Below are positions 47,136-59,824 of a stretch of 64,000 nt of DNA, piece by piece (within the stretch, counting starts at the first letter, position 1; each line of letters starts with the position of its first letter). The notes under the pieces are model-generated. The model was not told the DNA's origin. It searched no databases and was given only the letters and a program-made list of their open reading frames with translations. The stretch is from NCBI GenBank assembly GCA_965603825.1, contig CBFDEM010000037.1, forward strand, positions 519,688 to 583,687, given 5' to 3'. The position numbers were made by a program, and so were the translations under genes. Source of the DNA: Blepharisma stoltei ATCC 30299 (Eukaryota; Protista; Ciliophora).

Positions 47136-48398
47136 ATGAAGCTTAAGAAATTCTTATTGCGGTATTACCCACCAGGAATTATACTCGAATACCTCCGATC
47201 AAACGGCCAGATAGAGTCCAAATACATTGACTTGCTAAATTTAAGCCCTCAGACTGATGTAGATGCCCTTGTGGATCAGATTATTTTCGAAGAACCCGCC
47301 ATATCTCAGACAAGAAAGCCACAGCTGCGAAAGCTTATATTGAAACTTATAGAAAAACTTCAAACCAACCAAAATCAGCGCTTTATCCTATATAAGTCTC
47401 TTAAAGCCCATATTTTACCCCTTACGAATTGTGCCTTCAATAAATCAGGCGATAAATTTATCACTGGGTCCTATGATAGGACCTGCAAGATTTGGGACAC
47501 GATGTCTGGGGAAGAAATAAGGAGTTTGGAAGGACACAAAAACGTGGTGTATGCAATTGCGTTTAATAACCCTTATGGAGACAGAGTAGCAACTGGGTCA
47601 TTTGATAAGACTGCCAAGCTATGAAATGCGGATACTGGTGAGTGCATGTATACACTTAGGCATCAAAAAGAAATTGTCTGCTTAAATTTCGACACCAATG
47701 GGTTTTTATTTGCCACAGGCTCTATGGACCAAACTGCTTGCATATGGGATGTTGAAACAGGTGAACGCCTTTGTTCGTTTGCAGGGCATACCGGAGAAAT
47801 CGTAAGTGTCCAGTTCAATACTGATGGCGATAAAGTTCTCACCGGCAGCTTTGATTTTACCGCAAGAATTTGGGATACCAGATCAGGCCAATGTATAAGG
47901 CTTCTAGAAGGCCACAATGGCGAAATTTCTAACGCTCAATTTGATTTTTCAGGCGATTTTGTAGCAACTGGCAGCATCGACCACACTTGCAAGCTTTGGG
48001 ACGTGAACAGTGGAAGATGCATTGAAACCTTACGAGGCCACACAAACGAAGTTTTAGACGTCGCTTTTAATTCAACTGGCACCAAGCTGGTAACTGCAAG
48101 TGGTGACACATATGCAAGAGTTTATAATGTTTTAACTAATGCATGCGTAGGAATTCTAGTCGGCCATGAAGGAGAAATTTCCAAGGTTGCCTTTAACCCT
48201 CAAGGGACCAAAATTCTGACTGCAAGTAATGATAAGACGTGTAGGATATGGAACGCAGAAACTGGCGAATGCTTGCAGACACTTGAAGGACATACAGACG
48301 AAATATTCTCTTGTGCATTTAATTATGAAGGAGATACTATAATTACTGGGTCAAAAGATAATACATGCAAGATCTGGAAAGATACCGAAGGAGCCTAA
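47136..48398 (+). CDS. DAW1: Dynein assembly factor with WD repeats (DAW1/WDR69/ODA16)
   Basis: [36 protein letters not shown]40 repeats; KTAKLW uses TGA at 47622. Confidence 0.95.
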
Positions 48399-48417
48399 TA
48401 AAAATAGCTTATATGAA

Positions 48418-50013
<1,596 letters not shown>

Positions 50014-50287
50014 CTATTAATTTCAAATCCATTTATTAAATAAAGTCTTTTGTATTTCTGTGTGTGTCTGGGGTAAAATTAATGAGAATTTACTTGAATT
50101 CAGTTTTAAGCTTTAAAAAAAATAAATTCCTTAAGATTTATGGAAAAAGTATAGCCAATTGCCTGTTATATAGACTTATAGACTTTAGTCAAATAAAAAA
50201 CTTAAAAAATGATAAAATCAACTTAAGTAATTAGACATTAAAACAGCGAGTTTTTTATTCAACTTAAAAACAGCTATTTAAATTAAA

Positions 50288-51121
50288 ATGGGCTGCTGTG
50301 AATCAAGAGATGTAATTTCTATATAGAAAAGCAAAGATAGAGCTCCAGAGGAATCGACTTACCAATCCTTTATGACTTACACTAGACCTCCTACCCCAGC
50401 AAATTACGAAATTGTTGAAGAGGCGAAATCACTAGGCCTGAAACCTCTGAATGAAGAAGATAAAGAAGCTTATGAGCGTTATTTATACATTGAATCCCTT
50501 GAAAACTCCAATTCATGGGAAAAAATCAAGCACTCAGGCTGGTTTGATATTTCTAAGCTCAATGGGACTACCAAATATGATTCTCATACCCCAGTCAGCA
50601 AAATCTGGTTTTCCTTGGGTACAAAAGTTGAATTATCTATCATTTTAGATTTTCTGAATGAGCCCAAGAAAAGACTGTCATGGGACAAAAATTTCAAAAC
50701 TTATGAAATAATTGATGGGAATTTTCCAACTAATTATACAATTTATTTCCTTATCAAATTATTTGCATATAAAGGAGATTATATAGAAAAAAGAGTAGTG
50801 GCTTATGATAAAGACTCAGTTGTAGTCGTTTATTATTCGGTAGAAAATGAGCAAAGGCCTAAACAGAGATGGGTTTCCAGAGGAATTACTCATATTGGAC
50901 TAACAAGAATAAGGATAGTTAATGGTAAAATCGAATTTGTTATCATAGGACAGTCAGACCCTTCTAGTACTCTTGCAAAACTCGCACAAAATGTAGGGAT
51001 AGGGCTTTCTGACGAGTGGTGTAAAAAATATAAAAGTGCTATTTTAGAAGCTAGAAAAGGGAGTGAAAATAGGAGAAAAGATACAGAAATTTTGGAAGAA
51101 AATAAATGCAGCTGCAAGTAA
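50288..51121 (+). CDS. START-like lipid-binding domain protein with MGCC N-terminus
   Basis: MGCCESRD exon, then a 15-nt intron, then RLSWDKNF, YYSVE..P..VSRG motifs. Confidence 0.8.
50312..50326 (+). other. 15-nt spliceosomal intron
   Basis: GTAATTTCTATATAG, A at position 10; removal deletes an in-frame TAG and links MGCC to the main ORF. Confidence 0.88.
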
Positions 51122-51194
51122 ACACAATTTTATGCTAATATGATTTTTCTATATATTTTAATTTTGTCATTTCCTATCAAATTATAAATAAATA

Positions 51195-52691
51195 ATGGGC
51201 GAAACAGCGATTAATTTATTCAAAATGCTTTATCTAGCCTCAAAAAACAACAAAATATTTTTAACAATACCAAAGACTATTATTTATGGCTTCGGGTTTA
51301 AGGACCTTACAATGATTTCGACAGTAGAAAAAACCATGCATTTTCAAGAAATTTCTCTAACAAATTTGCATAGGTTTCTGAATGAATTTGAATATGAGGA
51401 TAAAAACTTTCCATTTGCTGTATTTAAAACAAAAGATAGTATCACACTTGTAAATAATCCTCAAGAAGCTTATACACTTATAGAAAAAAATGTAAAAATC
51501 AGATACGAATTTTCTTTACAACAATATATTATTTCCCCCGGAGATTACACACAAATAGTCCGTGTATCAAAAAATTCAGCAAATCGTATATCCGCAAAAA
51601 TCATAAAAAATAAATATTCCTTTATTTGCCAAAAGAAAAATCATGTAATGTTAAATCCGAATTTAAACTTTTTCCTAACGACTACAGAAGAAAAGGAACA
51701 AAAATACTCTGATTTTCAGCCATTAACCAAAAGTTTTATAATAATTAGAGGAATTTGTGTCGGAAAAGGGAGTATTTCTATGTCTACTATTGAATTGTCA
51801 CAGAGTATCGATTGGATTTATAGTATATTAAAAGCAGTGTTATTACATAGGACTGTTATGAAAGTTTCAGCTAATTTTATTATGAGTAAAAATAACGAAT
51901 GATTTTTGATAAGTTTACATTCGTGCCATATTAGTGAAAAGAAAGCCGAAATTTCATTTTTTAGGAGAAAATCAACAGAAACTCCAAGCATGATAGGTAA
52001 ATTAAATAGAACGGTAGCTACTGGCCATGATTTATTAAACCTTACTATATGCTCAAAAAATCATGAAGATATTGATAAAACATTTATGGGTAATAATACA
52101 CCTAGCTTGGAATTAAATAAAATATTTAATAAGGATCCCATAACTCCCCAAAAAATTAAGCAAAAACCGCCTTTAGCACGATCCCAAACTGTTAAAAAAA
52201 TCCCTCCTGTGATAGAAACAATAGAAAATGATATTGATACTTTAATTGGGAAAGATCGCCTGAAAGACCTGAAGTATATGAACTATCAGAAGTGGCTTAA
52301 AAGAAGGGAAGATAAGCTGCCTGATATGATGCTTGAAAAAACCTATGCAAAACAGATTTCTACATTCCATGATGCTGTTAAAAAGAAACACAATTCAAGC
52401 TTGAATTTGTTAAAAAATTTAAAACAAACTATGGAGGACATAGTGTCAATAAATTCATTAAAAGGAGAATTTGTAGTAAAAGACGCTTCCAAGCTGCTTT
52501 TAACGAAAAATTTCAAGAGGCATTTAAACTGATTTGCAGAAGACAATAAAAATGATGAAGAAGATGATAAAGTATCATCAATAAGAGCAAGCTTTACTCA
52601 AGCCTTTAAAGATAAATGTGTAGAAAATGTCATATTAAATGGCTGCCAAAGGCTAGAAAGCCTAAAAAGGAAAAGATCAATCAAAAAATAA
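51195..52691 (+). CDS. Hypothetical 498-aa protein, possibly a degenerate ATP-grasp-like N-terminal half
   Basis: ORFs joined through TGA at 51900 and 52530; TAA at 52689; IPKT, LQQYI and NFIMSKNNEWFL weakly recall an ATP-grasp layout. Confidence 0.7.
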
Positions 52692-52904
52692 TTTTAACTA
52701 TTTATATTGTTTCCTGTAGAAGTTTTATTGCAAATTATATTCTAAAATGGAATTTAATTTTTCCAAAATTCGTTATAAATCTATCAATTTTTTTTCCTTT
52801 TATATTTTTGTCAAAAAATATTCTTATCGGCAAATATCGTATTAAATTTTCCTTTTCCACGTCTATCTTCACACTATCAAGATATATACTTCTATAATAA
52901 TAAA

Positions 52905-53942
52905 ATGGGAGGAAAACATAGCACTCGAAGCATATTAATCACGACTGACCAAGTATCTTCAGTCCCAGGCTCTAATATTACAGGAAAAATTTATATGAAG
53001 CTAGAAAAAGCCATCCGCGCTTCTACTCTCTGACTGAAGTTCAAAGGAAAAGAACAGACTCAATGAAGCTCATCTGCAATTTCTTCCAAATCTAAAGGTA
53101 TTACAAACCTGATCAATTTAAAAGCCCCAGTCATTGTATGGGAAGACGGAATAATCCCTAGTGGGGACTATGAAATCCCTTATACTTATACGCTGCCTGA
53201 AAACCTTGCTAACTCTTTTCACATTGATACGCAAAATTATAATGCAGATATTATATATAAACTAAAAGCAGAAATTGAGCCAGAAGGCCACAAAAAAATG
53301 AAGAGTTCTGTAGATATTCAAATTTATAACCTTGTGCAAGCTAAAGAAGGGAGTATTGCGAGTAATAAGATTCCTGTTTCTCATTGCTGCTCTGTTGGTA
53401 GCTTCAGGATTAACATTCAATTAGATAAATCTGCATACACGCCACTAGAAAAGCCCCAAGTTTCTATGGAAATCAACAATACAGAGTCTGGCGCTAATTT
53501 GGATTCAATTACAATATCATTAGCAAGACAAATTATTTTACGCAGCAATAAAAAACATACATTTTATAGCGAGTATATTTCCTCTCACAAAACCAAAGGC
53601 TGTGGCAAAGGAAAAATCTGTGAACGAGAAAACGCAATCTCAACCTCCCTCGACTTATCAAAAGTCCAAAAAACCCTACATCACGCCCCAACTATAACCT
53701 CAGCCAAAATCGAATGCATGTATAAGCTGATTTTCGATTTTATTTCTAATGACAGCTGTGTAAGAAACATCAACTCATGCGAAATTCCTTTAGAAATTTG
53801 TCCACAGATAATGGAAATCCCTAGACCAGCCCCAGAAGCTCCTGCAGGATGGAATCCAGTCACTTTTGAGGTACAGAAGCTTTCTTACGAGTATGCTGAA
53901 GCATATGCGCCTTCCGCTCCTCCATTAGAAGATGAGGAATAA
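52905..53942 (+). CDS. Arrestin-domain protein with C-terminal PSAP motif (345 aa)
   Basis: PGSNITGKIY..LKFKGKEQTQW..GDYEIPYTYTLPENLANSF..IIYKLKA..LDKSAY; ends YAPSAPP. Confidence 0.88.
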
Positions 53943-53961
53943 TTAATAAATTCTAACTTAT

Positions 53962-54915
53962 TTAAAGTTTTTGGATTATTTCAGGAATCGCCTTGAATAA
54001 ATCAGCTACAAGCCCATAGTCAGCAACACTGAAAATTGGTGCTTCTGGGTCTGTATTAATAGCAACTATCACTTTTGAATCTTTCATACCAGCAATGTGC
54101 TGGATTGCTCCAGAAACTCCACAAGCAATATAAAGATTTGGGGCTACAATTTTCCCAGTCTGACCAATCTGCAAGTCATTTGAGCAAAATCCAGCATCTA
54201 CTGCAGCCCTTGATGCGCCAACCCCAGCTCCTAATTTTTCAGCTAATCCTTCTACTACATGCCAATTATCTTTACTTTTCAGTCCTCTTCCTCCAGTCAC
54301 AATGATCTTTGCAGTGCCAAGCTCTGGCCTTTCATTGGCTTCTAAGTTTTGGGACACCCAAGTCATGACAGGTCTAAATGGTATATTTAGGTCAATTCTT
54401 TCGATTGGGGACGCAGTTTTGGAAACTGGGTTTCTATCGAATGAAGTTGACCGGATTGTCAGAAGAATAAAATCTTGGTGGGTAGTCACTGTATATATAG
54501 CGTTTCCAGCATAGCCTGGACGTTTGAAGCATTTTTCATTCATAATGCGGACTACGTCAGATATGGGCTGAGTATTCATGACACCTCCAAGTCTTGGGAT
54601 GATATCTCTTGAGAACTGGCTTGTAGCACCAATTATTCTTTTGAATCTATATTGAGTTTGGACTGCTTGAAGAGTCTGAGTCATAACGTCTGCCATATGA
54701 TTTTTAAGTACTGGATTGTCATAATGCAAAACTTTTGTGACTCCTTTGATTTTTGATGCTTCTTCTGCGACTGATGAGCAATTTTCTCCTGCAACTAAGA
54801 CTGTTGTTTCTTCGTTAAAATAATCAGCTGCATTTATAGCGCTGTAAACGCCTCCAGCCAACTTGGTGTTGTTGTGCTCAGCTAAAATAAGGGAGGAAAA
54901 TGCTCTTTTCAACAT
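53962..54915 (-). CDS. ETFA: Electron transfer flavoprotein alpha subunit
   Basis: [49 protein letters not shown]. Confidence 0.97.
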   Translation of the reverse strand: MLKRAFSSLILAEHNNTKLAGGVYSAINAADYFNEETTVLVAGENCSSVAEEASKIKGVTKVLHYDNPVLKNHMADVMTQTLQAVQTQYRFKRIIGATSQFSRDIIPRLGGVMNTQPISDVVRIMNEKCFKRPGYAGNAIYTVTTHQDFILLTIRSTSFDRNPVSKTASPIERIDLNIPFRPVMTWVSQNLEANERPELGTAKIIVTGGRGLKSKDNWHVVEGLAEKLGAGVGASRAAVDAGFCSNDLQIGQTGKIVAPNLYIACGVSGAIQHIAGMKDSKVIVAINTDPEAPIFSVADYGLVADLFKAIPEIIQKL

Positions 54916-55177
54916 ATTTATTATGCATAAAAATTAAGGGACAAGGGAAAAGACCAATTCTTAAGAGACAATCAATTATTATTTTGATAATCTTTTAGAT
55001 CTTATCTATAAATAGTGTATTTCTTTAAATTTTATAAACAATTATTATAGATTTTAGAAAATTTTCTTTATTTTTCTCTAAAAATAATGAATTTTCTATT
55101 TATAAGCTTGATATGCATTATATCTTGATAAAATCCTTTTCACAAAGCTTAATTTTCCTATTAAATAAGTTTTAATA

Positions 55178-56134
55178 ATGGACGCAAATACAGCCTATTT
55201 GACCCAAAACACACCAGAAAACGTCCACACTGTAGAGCATCCTTTATCTGGCGGCAAAACTTTAGAGGAAATCTTAAGCAATATTGAGATGACCATAATC
55301 GAAGAAAAGGAAGAGCATTTAATCATTGACCTTGTAGGCATTGAAGCTCCTATTGCGAATGCCTTAAGAAGAATTATGCTCTCAGAGGTCCCAACAATGG
55401 CAATCGAGGACATAAATTTATGGCAAAATACATCAGTGATCCCAGATGAAGTTTTAGCCCATCGAATAGGACTAATTCCTATTGATGCTGATCCACGATT
55501 GTTCAAGTTTAAGCACCCTAATGAAGAACACTCCTCAGAAAATTGCATTTGCTTTAAACTGCATGCTGTATGCAGAAGGCTAGAAGATGGAAGCATTGTG
55601 GGCGATAAAGTGATGTCAGGAGATCTGCAATGGCAGCCTTTTCCAAATCAGCAAGAAAGGTTTGGCCATTTTAAGCCTGTGCATGATGATATTATCATAG
55701 CAAAATTAGGCCCAGGCCAAGAAATTGAGGCAGAATTATTTTGCGAAAAAGGCATTGGCGCAACTCACACAAAATGGTCGCCTGTCTGTACAGCTTCATA
55801 CAGACTAGCACCAAAAATAACATTGAAAAAAGAAATTGCAGGTGAAAACGCTATCAATCTAAAAAACAAATGTCCTATGGGTGTTTTTGACGTCAAAAAA
55901 GGGAAAGCTGTTGTAAAAAACCCTAGAAATTGCACATCCTGCAGAGAATGCATCAGAGAAGATGACTCTATGGTTAGTTTAGCTAAAGTAAAAGATCATT
56001 TTATCTTTACAATTGAGACGACTGGAGCTCTTTCACCAAGAGATATTTTTCGTGAAGCTATTAAAGAGCTTAGAGACAAAGCAGCTTTTTGGCTCGATAA
56101 GATCAATATTTATAAAAGAACGCCTAAAAGTTAA
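55178..56134 (+). CDS. POLR1C: RNA polymerase I/III shared subunit RPAC1 (AC40)
   Basis: IANALRRIMLSEVPTMAIE, NTSVIPDEVLAHRIGLIPI, KGIGATHTKWSPV, KCPMGVFD, CTSCREC. Confidence 0.95.
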   Translation: MDANTAYLTQNTPENVHTVEHPLSGGKTLEEILSNIEMTIIEEKEEHLIIDLVGIEAPIANALRRIMLSEVPTMAIEDINLWQNTSVIPDEVLAHRIGLIPIDADPRLFKFKHPNEEHSSENCICFKLHAVCRRLEDGSIVGDKVMSGDLQWQPFPNQQERFGHFKPVHDDIIIAKLGPGQEIEAELFCEKGIGATHTKWSPVCTASYRLAPKITLKKEIAGENAINLKNKCPMGVFDVKKGKAVVKNPRNCTSCRECIREDDSMVSLAKVKDHFIFTIETTGALSPRDIFREAIKELRDKAAFWLDKINIYKRTPKS

Positions 56135-56684
56135 TATATTGTCTAGATTTGATAAAATAAGTAGATACTATGGAAGGGCTTAAATATAAAAGAAAACACA
56201 TAAAAGCATATTAAAGGAAGACTAAGTCTTATTTATTAAATCATGCATCCTAAGTTGTTGAATAACTTAAATTCCGAATAATATCAATAAGCTAATTAAT
56301 ATAAAAAAGCGAATATTGATTAAGCTATGAGCTGCTTTAGTTATAGATAATATTGATTAATAATTATGTACCATATTCTATTTAGATTTTAATTTTAATG
56401 ATGTACGATAATGAAGTAAATTGATAGTAAGTATATGCAAGCTAAATTGAAAAAATTATAGATTTAAATTAAGTATTAAGCTGGGAGTTTATATGTGATG
56501 TTTAAGCATTGAAATTTATAAAAGTGAGATATACTATTAATTTGAATAATAAATTTAAAATAACTAATTTATTAAAACTGTTAGCTATAAGAATTGCAAA
56601 GTATATCATATAAGAAGAATCTTATAATAATAACTAAAATATTATATATGAAAGCATAATTAGTGTAGATTCGCTCCATAAATA

Positions 56685-57265
56685 ATGGCATCCGAAACTA
56701 GAACCTTGATGGGCATAAAAGCAAACTACAAGCTCGCGATTTTAGGTAATTGCCAGGTGGGAAAAACTTCTATTCTAACTCAATTCATCTCAAGTGATTT
56801 TAATGAGCGTTACTGAACCACGATTGGGGTTGGTTTTTTATACAAAACATTTCAACTTGAAGATGGGTTGTGAATTTTCTGTATTATGATCTATCAGGTT
56901 CAGAAAAATATAGGGGTATGGCACAGAGCTATATTAGAGAAGCTTCAGCAGCAATTATTGTTTATGATGTGATAAATAGAGAATCATTTTACAGTGTTGA
57001 TGGATGGATGGCAGAAGTAAAAAGGAAAGCACCAGCTAATACATTCACCGTGCTAGTGGGAAATAAGGTTGACAGCTTAGAAGAAAGATGTACCACTTCA
57101 GATGAAGCAGCATACAAAGCAAAAGAATGAGGAGCGATGTATGCTGAAGTCAGTGCTAAAACAGGAGAAAACATAAATAATTTTTTCACAAAAATCGCTA
57201 GAAAATTAATAGAAAGAGAATTCCTAACGCCTCAAGCAGAAGAAGTGAGTGATAATGTGGACTAA
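56685..57265 (+). pseudogene. Divergent Rab-like GTPase with a one-base frameshift
   Basis: GNCQVGKTS and TIGVGF in frame 1; YDLSGSEKY, VGNKVD and EVSAKTG in frame 2; shift at gatgggttgtg (about 56862-56872); no C-terminal Cys. Confidence 0.75.
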
Positions 57266-57762
57266 GTACTCCTCTCGAAAATGAGCAATAAAATATAATA
57301 TTAAATGGTGATATCTAAATTAGAATCCTAATCTAAATTGATCTGAAAAGCAGAAGCATTCCAACACCGGACATTCCGCTACTAATTGATATCAATTATC
57401 TTTCTATCTCCTGCAATAAGTACTTACTAAAAGTTTTTAAAACTCTAAAAGAGAAAATAAGGCTGATTATTTTTTAAAATAATAATTCTTCTGAAGTTAT
57501 TCCAATAGCTTTTTAATTATCAGAAAAGAACTATTTTCCTGGTTTCTTATCTTTTTTAAGTGCAATTAAGGGTAATTTGTCATAAATAAAATTGACTAAT
57601 TAATTCTGCCAAGTCCTATATTTTTTATGAGCATGCATAAAAGACCTAAGGCTCAAGTTATGAATAGTCAACATAAGCAAGGATAAATGTTTGTTACTCA
57701 TTACGGCAAAATTTATTGAAATTTGTAAATAATTTCCAGATATTATAAGACATTTATATTTA

Positions 57763-58380
57763 ATGGAAAAAGTAAAAATTAGCATTTTAGTGAAGATTGT
57801 GCTCGATTTAGCTTATATTTTGATTATCCTTACTTCTTTTTTTGTGACTATTTTTAGTTACGATGAAAGATTATCAATTTATCTCTCAAAAGTGTCAGAT
57901 ACTCATCTTGAAGAGACAAAAATCCTATTTCCTAATTATATGAATCAAATGTGTATAGATAATGAAGCTACTTTTTGTGATTATTTAAAATATTGGCAAG
58001 CTGCAGGGATCTATTATTTAGTGTTTTCATCCCTCTCTCTCGTTTTTTGCATGTATGTACTCTTAAGATGCTCACTTAGATATGCTGATAAAGATGCTTT
58101 ATTTAGTGTGAAATATGATTTGGATTGGTATATTTACCCGACTTTAGGCTTTTTCGCTGTTTTTCTTTATATAATTATTAGCGGGATATTTACAACTGAA
58201 TTTTCTTACGAGTATGAGGGTCTAACTGATGAAAAAGTGACAATTGAAGCTGGGCTTATTCTAATGATTGCAGCTTTCTTGATTAGCTTTATAAGTGCGA
58301 TTTATTTTCTTGTTGAAAGAAAAAAATTTGAGCAAAAATCAGATCTTGAGAAGCCGTTTTTAAAGAATTATCATATTTAA
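57763..58380 (+). CDS. Four-TM membrane protein, paralog A
   Basis: Four hydrophobic helices, Cys pair in the first loop (claudin-like topology). Confidence 0.8.
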   Translation: MEKVKISILVKIVLDLAYILIILTSFFVTIFSYDERLSIYLSKVSDTHLEETKILFPNYMNQMCIDNEATFCDYLKYWQAAGIYYLVFSSLSLVFCMYVLLRCSLRYADKDALFSVKYDLDWYIYPTLGFFAVFLYIIISGIFTTEFSYEYEGLTDEKVTIEAGLILMIAAFLISFISAIYFLVERKKFEQKSDLEKPFLKNYHI

Positions 58381-58955
58381 GTAAGAAGAGCTTAATCATA
58401 TATTTTTAGCACATTTTTTATTTTAAATATTAAAATTTCCTAAAAGAAATGCGCCAGATGCTCGTCTTAAAGAAATATCAGGTATTCCGCAGTTAATATA
58501 TATAAAATATATCCTCAAATAAAATAATTTCCATTCAAAATTGAGGAGCTGGGGAGCTTTATTATAATTTAGATTATTAAATTTACTCTGTTTCAGTTTT
58601 TATTTTATCCAATTATCAGACACTATTTATAGCTGGATAATGCTATAGCTTAAACTAGAGCTTTCCTAATGACTGTAGCACTCTTGACAAGCCCTGTAAT
58701 TTCAATCTATTTTCTTAGTGCCGAAAAAGATTTGAACAAAGTTTAGATTTAAAGAATTATTGGTAGCTGCTTAAAATAAATATTGCGTTTGCTATAATAG
58801 TTTATCAATTTAGCTAATTTAATCATTTTTGTTAATAATAAACTTGAATCGAAAAATTCGCTTTTAAATCAATTTTCAATGGCATTGACATCGCAAATTA
58901 TATGTAAACAAAATCAATAATAATCTATATTCTGCAATAGATTTCAATATAAACA

Positions 58956-59582
58956 ATGTCAGGAACTGAAAACAAAATTCTGATTAAAATCGGTCTTGAT
59001 CTAGTCTACATTGGAATTGTTCTAATCACCTTTTTCGTAAACGAGTTTAGCTACATGGAAAGCTTAGAAATTGGGCTTATAAAGTTGTCAGTAAATTACT
59101 CTGGAGATTGGTTCAGTGTGCTTAAATCAGAACCTTTTTCTTACTTCAAGGGACAATTTTGTGACATCTCAGACGAGAATTCTCAAAAAATTTGTGACTG
59201 TTTAAGTGCATGAGAAGCCTCAGGAATTCTTTATTTAATATTTACATCTATTTCCTTTGTCTTTTGTGCATATGGACTTTTAAGGCTATCCCTTAAGTAT
59301 TTAGGAAGAGATTTTTCGCTTTATGTGAAGCATGATATAGAGCAATATATATACCCTGCCTTATATATAATTGCGCTTATTCTGTATACAAGTATTAGCC
59401 AAGTTTTTACTCTTGATCCACCTAAAGGCCTCTCTCATGATTATGGTGTTAAAGCAGAACCTGGGATTATTTTAATGCTTGTGGCATTGTTTATTGCTCT
59501 TGTAGGTATAGTGTATTTTCTTAGTGTTAGAAAAGAAATTAATGAAAAATCAGATTATGCACGGCCATTACTAAGTTACTAA
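58956..59582 (+). CDS. Four-TM membrane protein, paralog B
   Basis: Joined through TGA at 59211, which aligns with TGG-Trp of paralog A (KYWQAAG vs SAWEASG). Confidence 0.8.
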
Positions 59583-59824
59583 CGATAAACATATTTAAAG
59601 TTTATTAAGCTTAATTTAAAGACAATAGTGATAAATTCATTAATTTATAAATATATTCAAACCCAACTAATCTTATATTTATTCAATTATTTGCATATCT
59701 AAATATCTTGATAATTTAAAATAATTAAAGCCAAAAGAACTAAGCTCTATAATTATTTAAGCAATAGTTAAAAAATACTTTTTATTTAATAACTGGACAA
59801 TTTAGCCAGATTTATAGTAATTCA

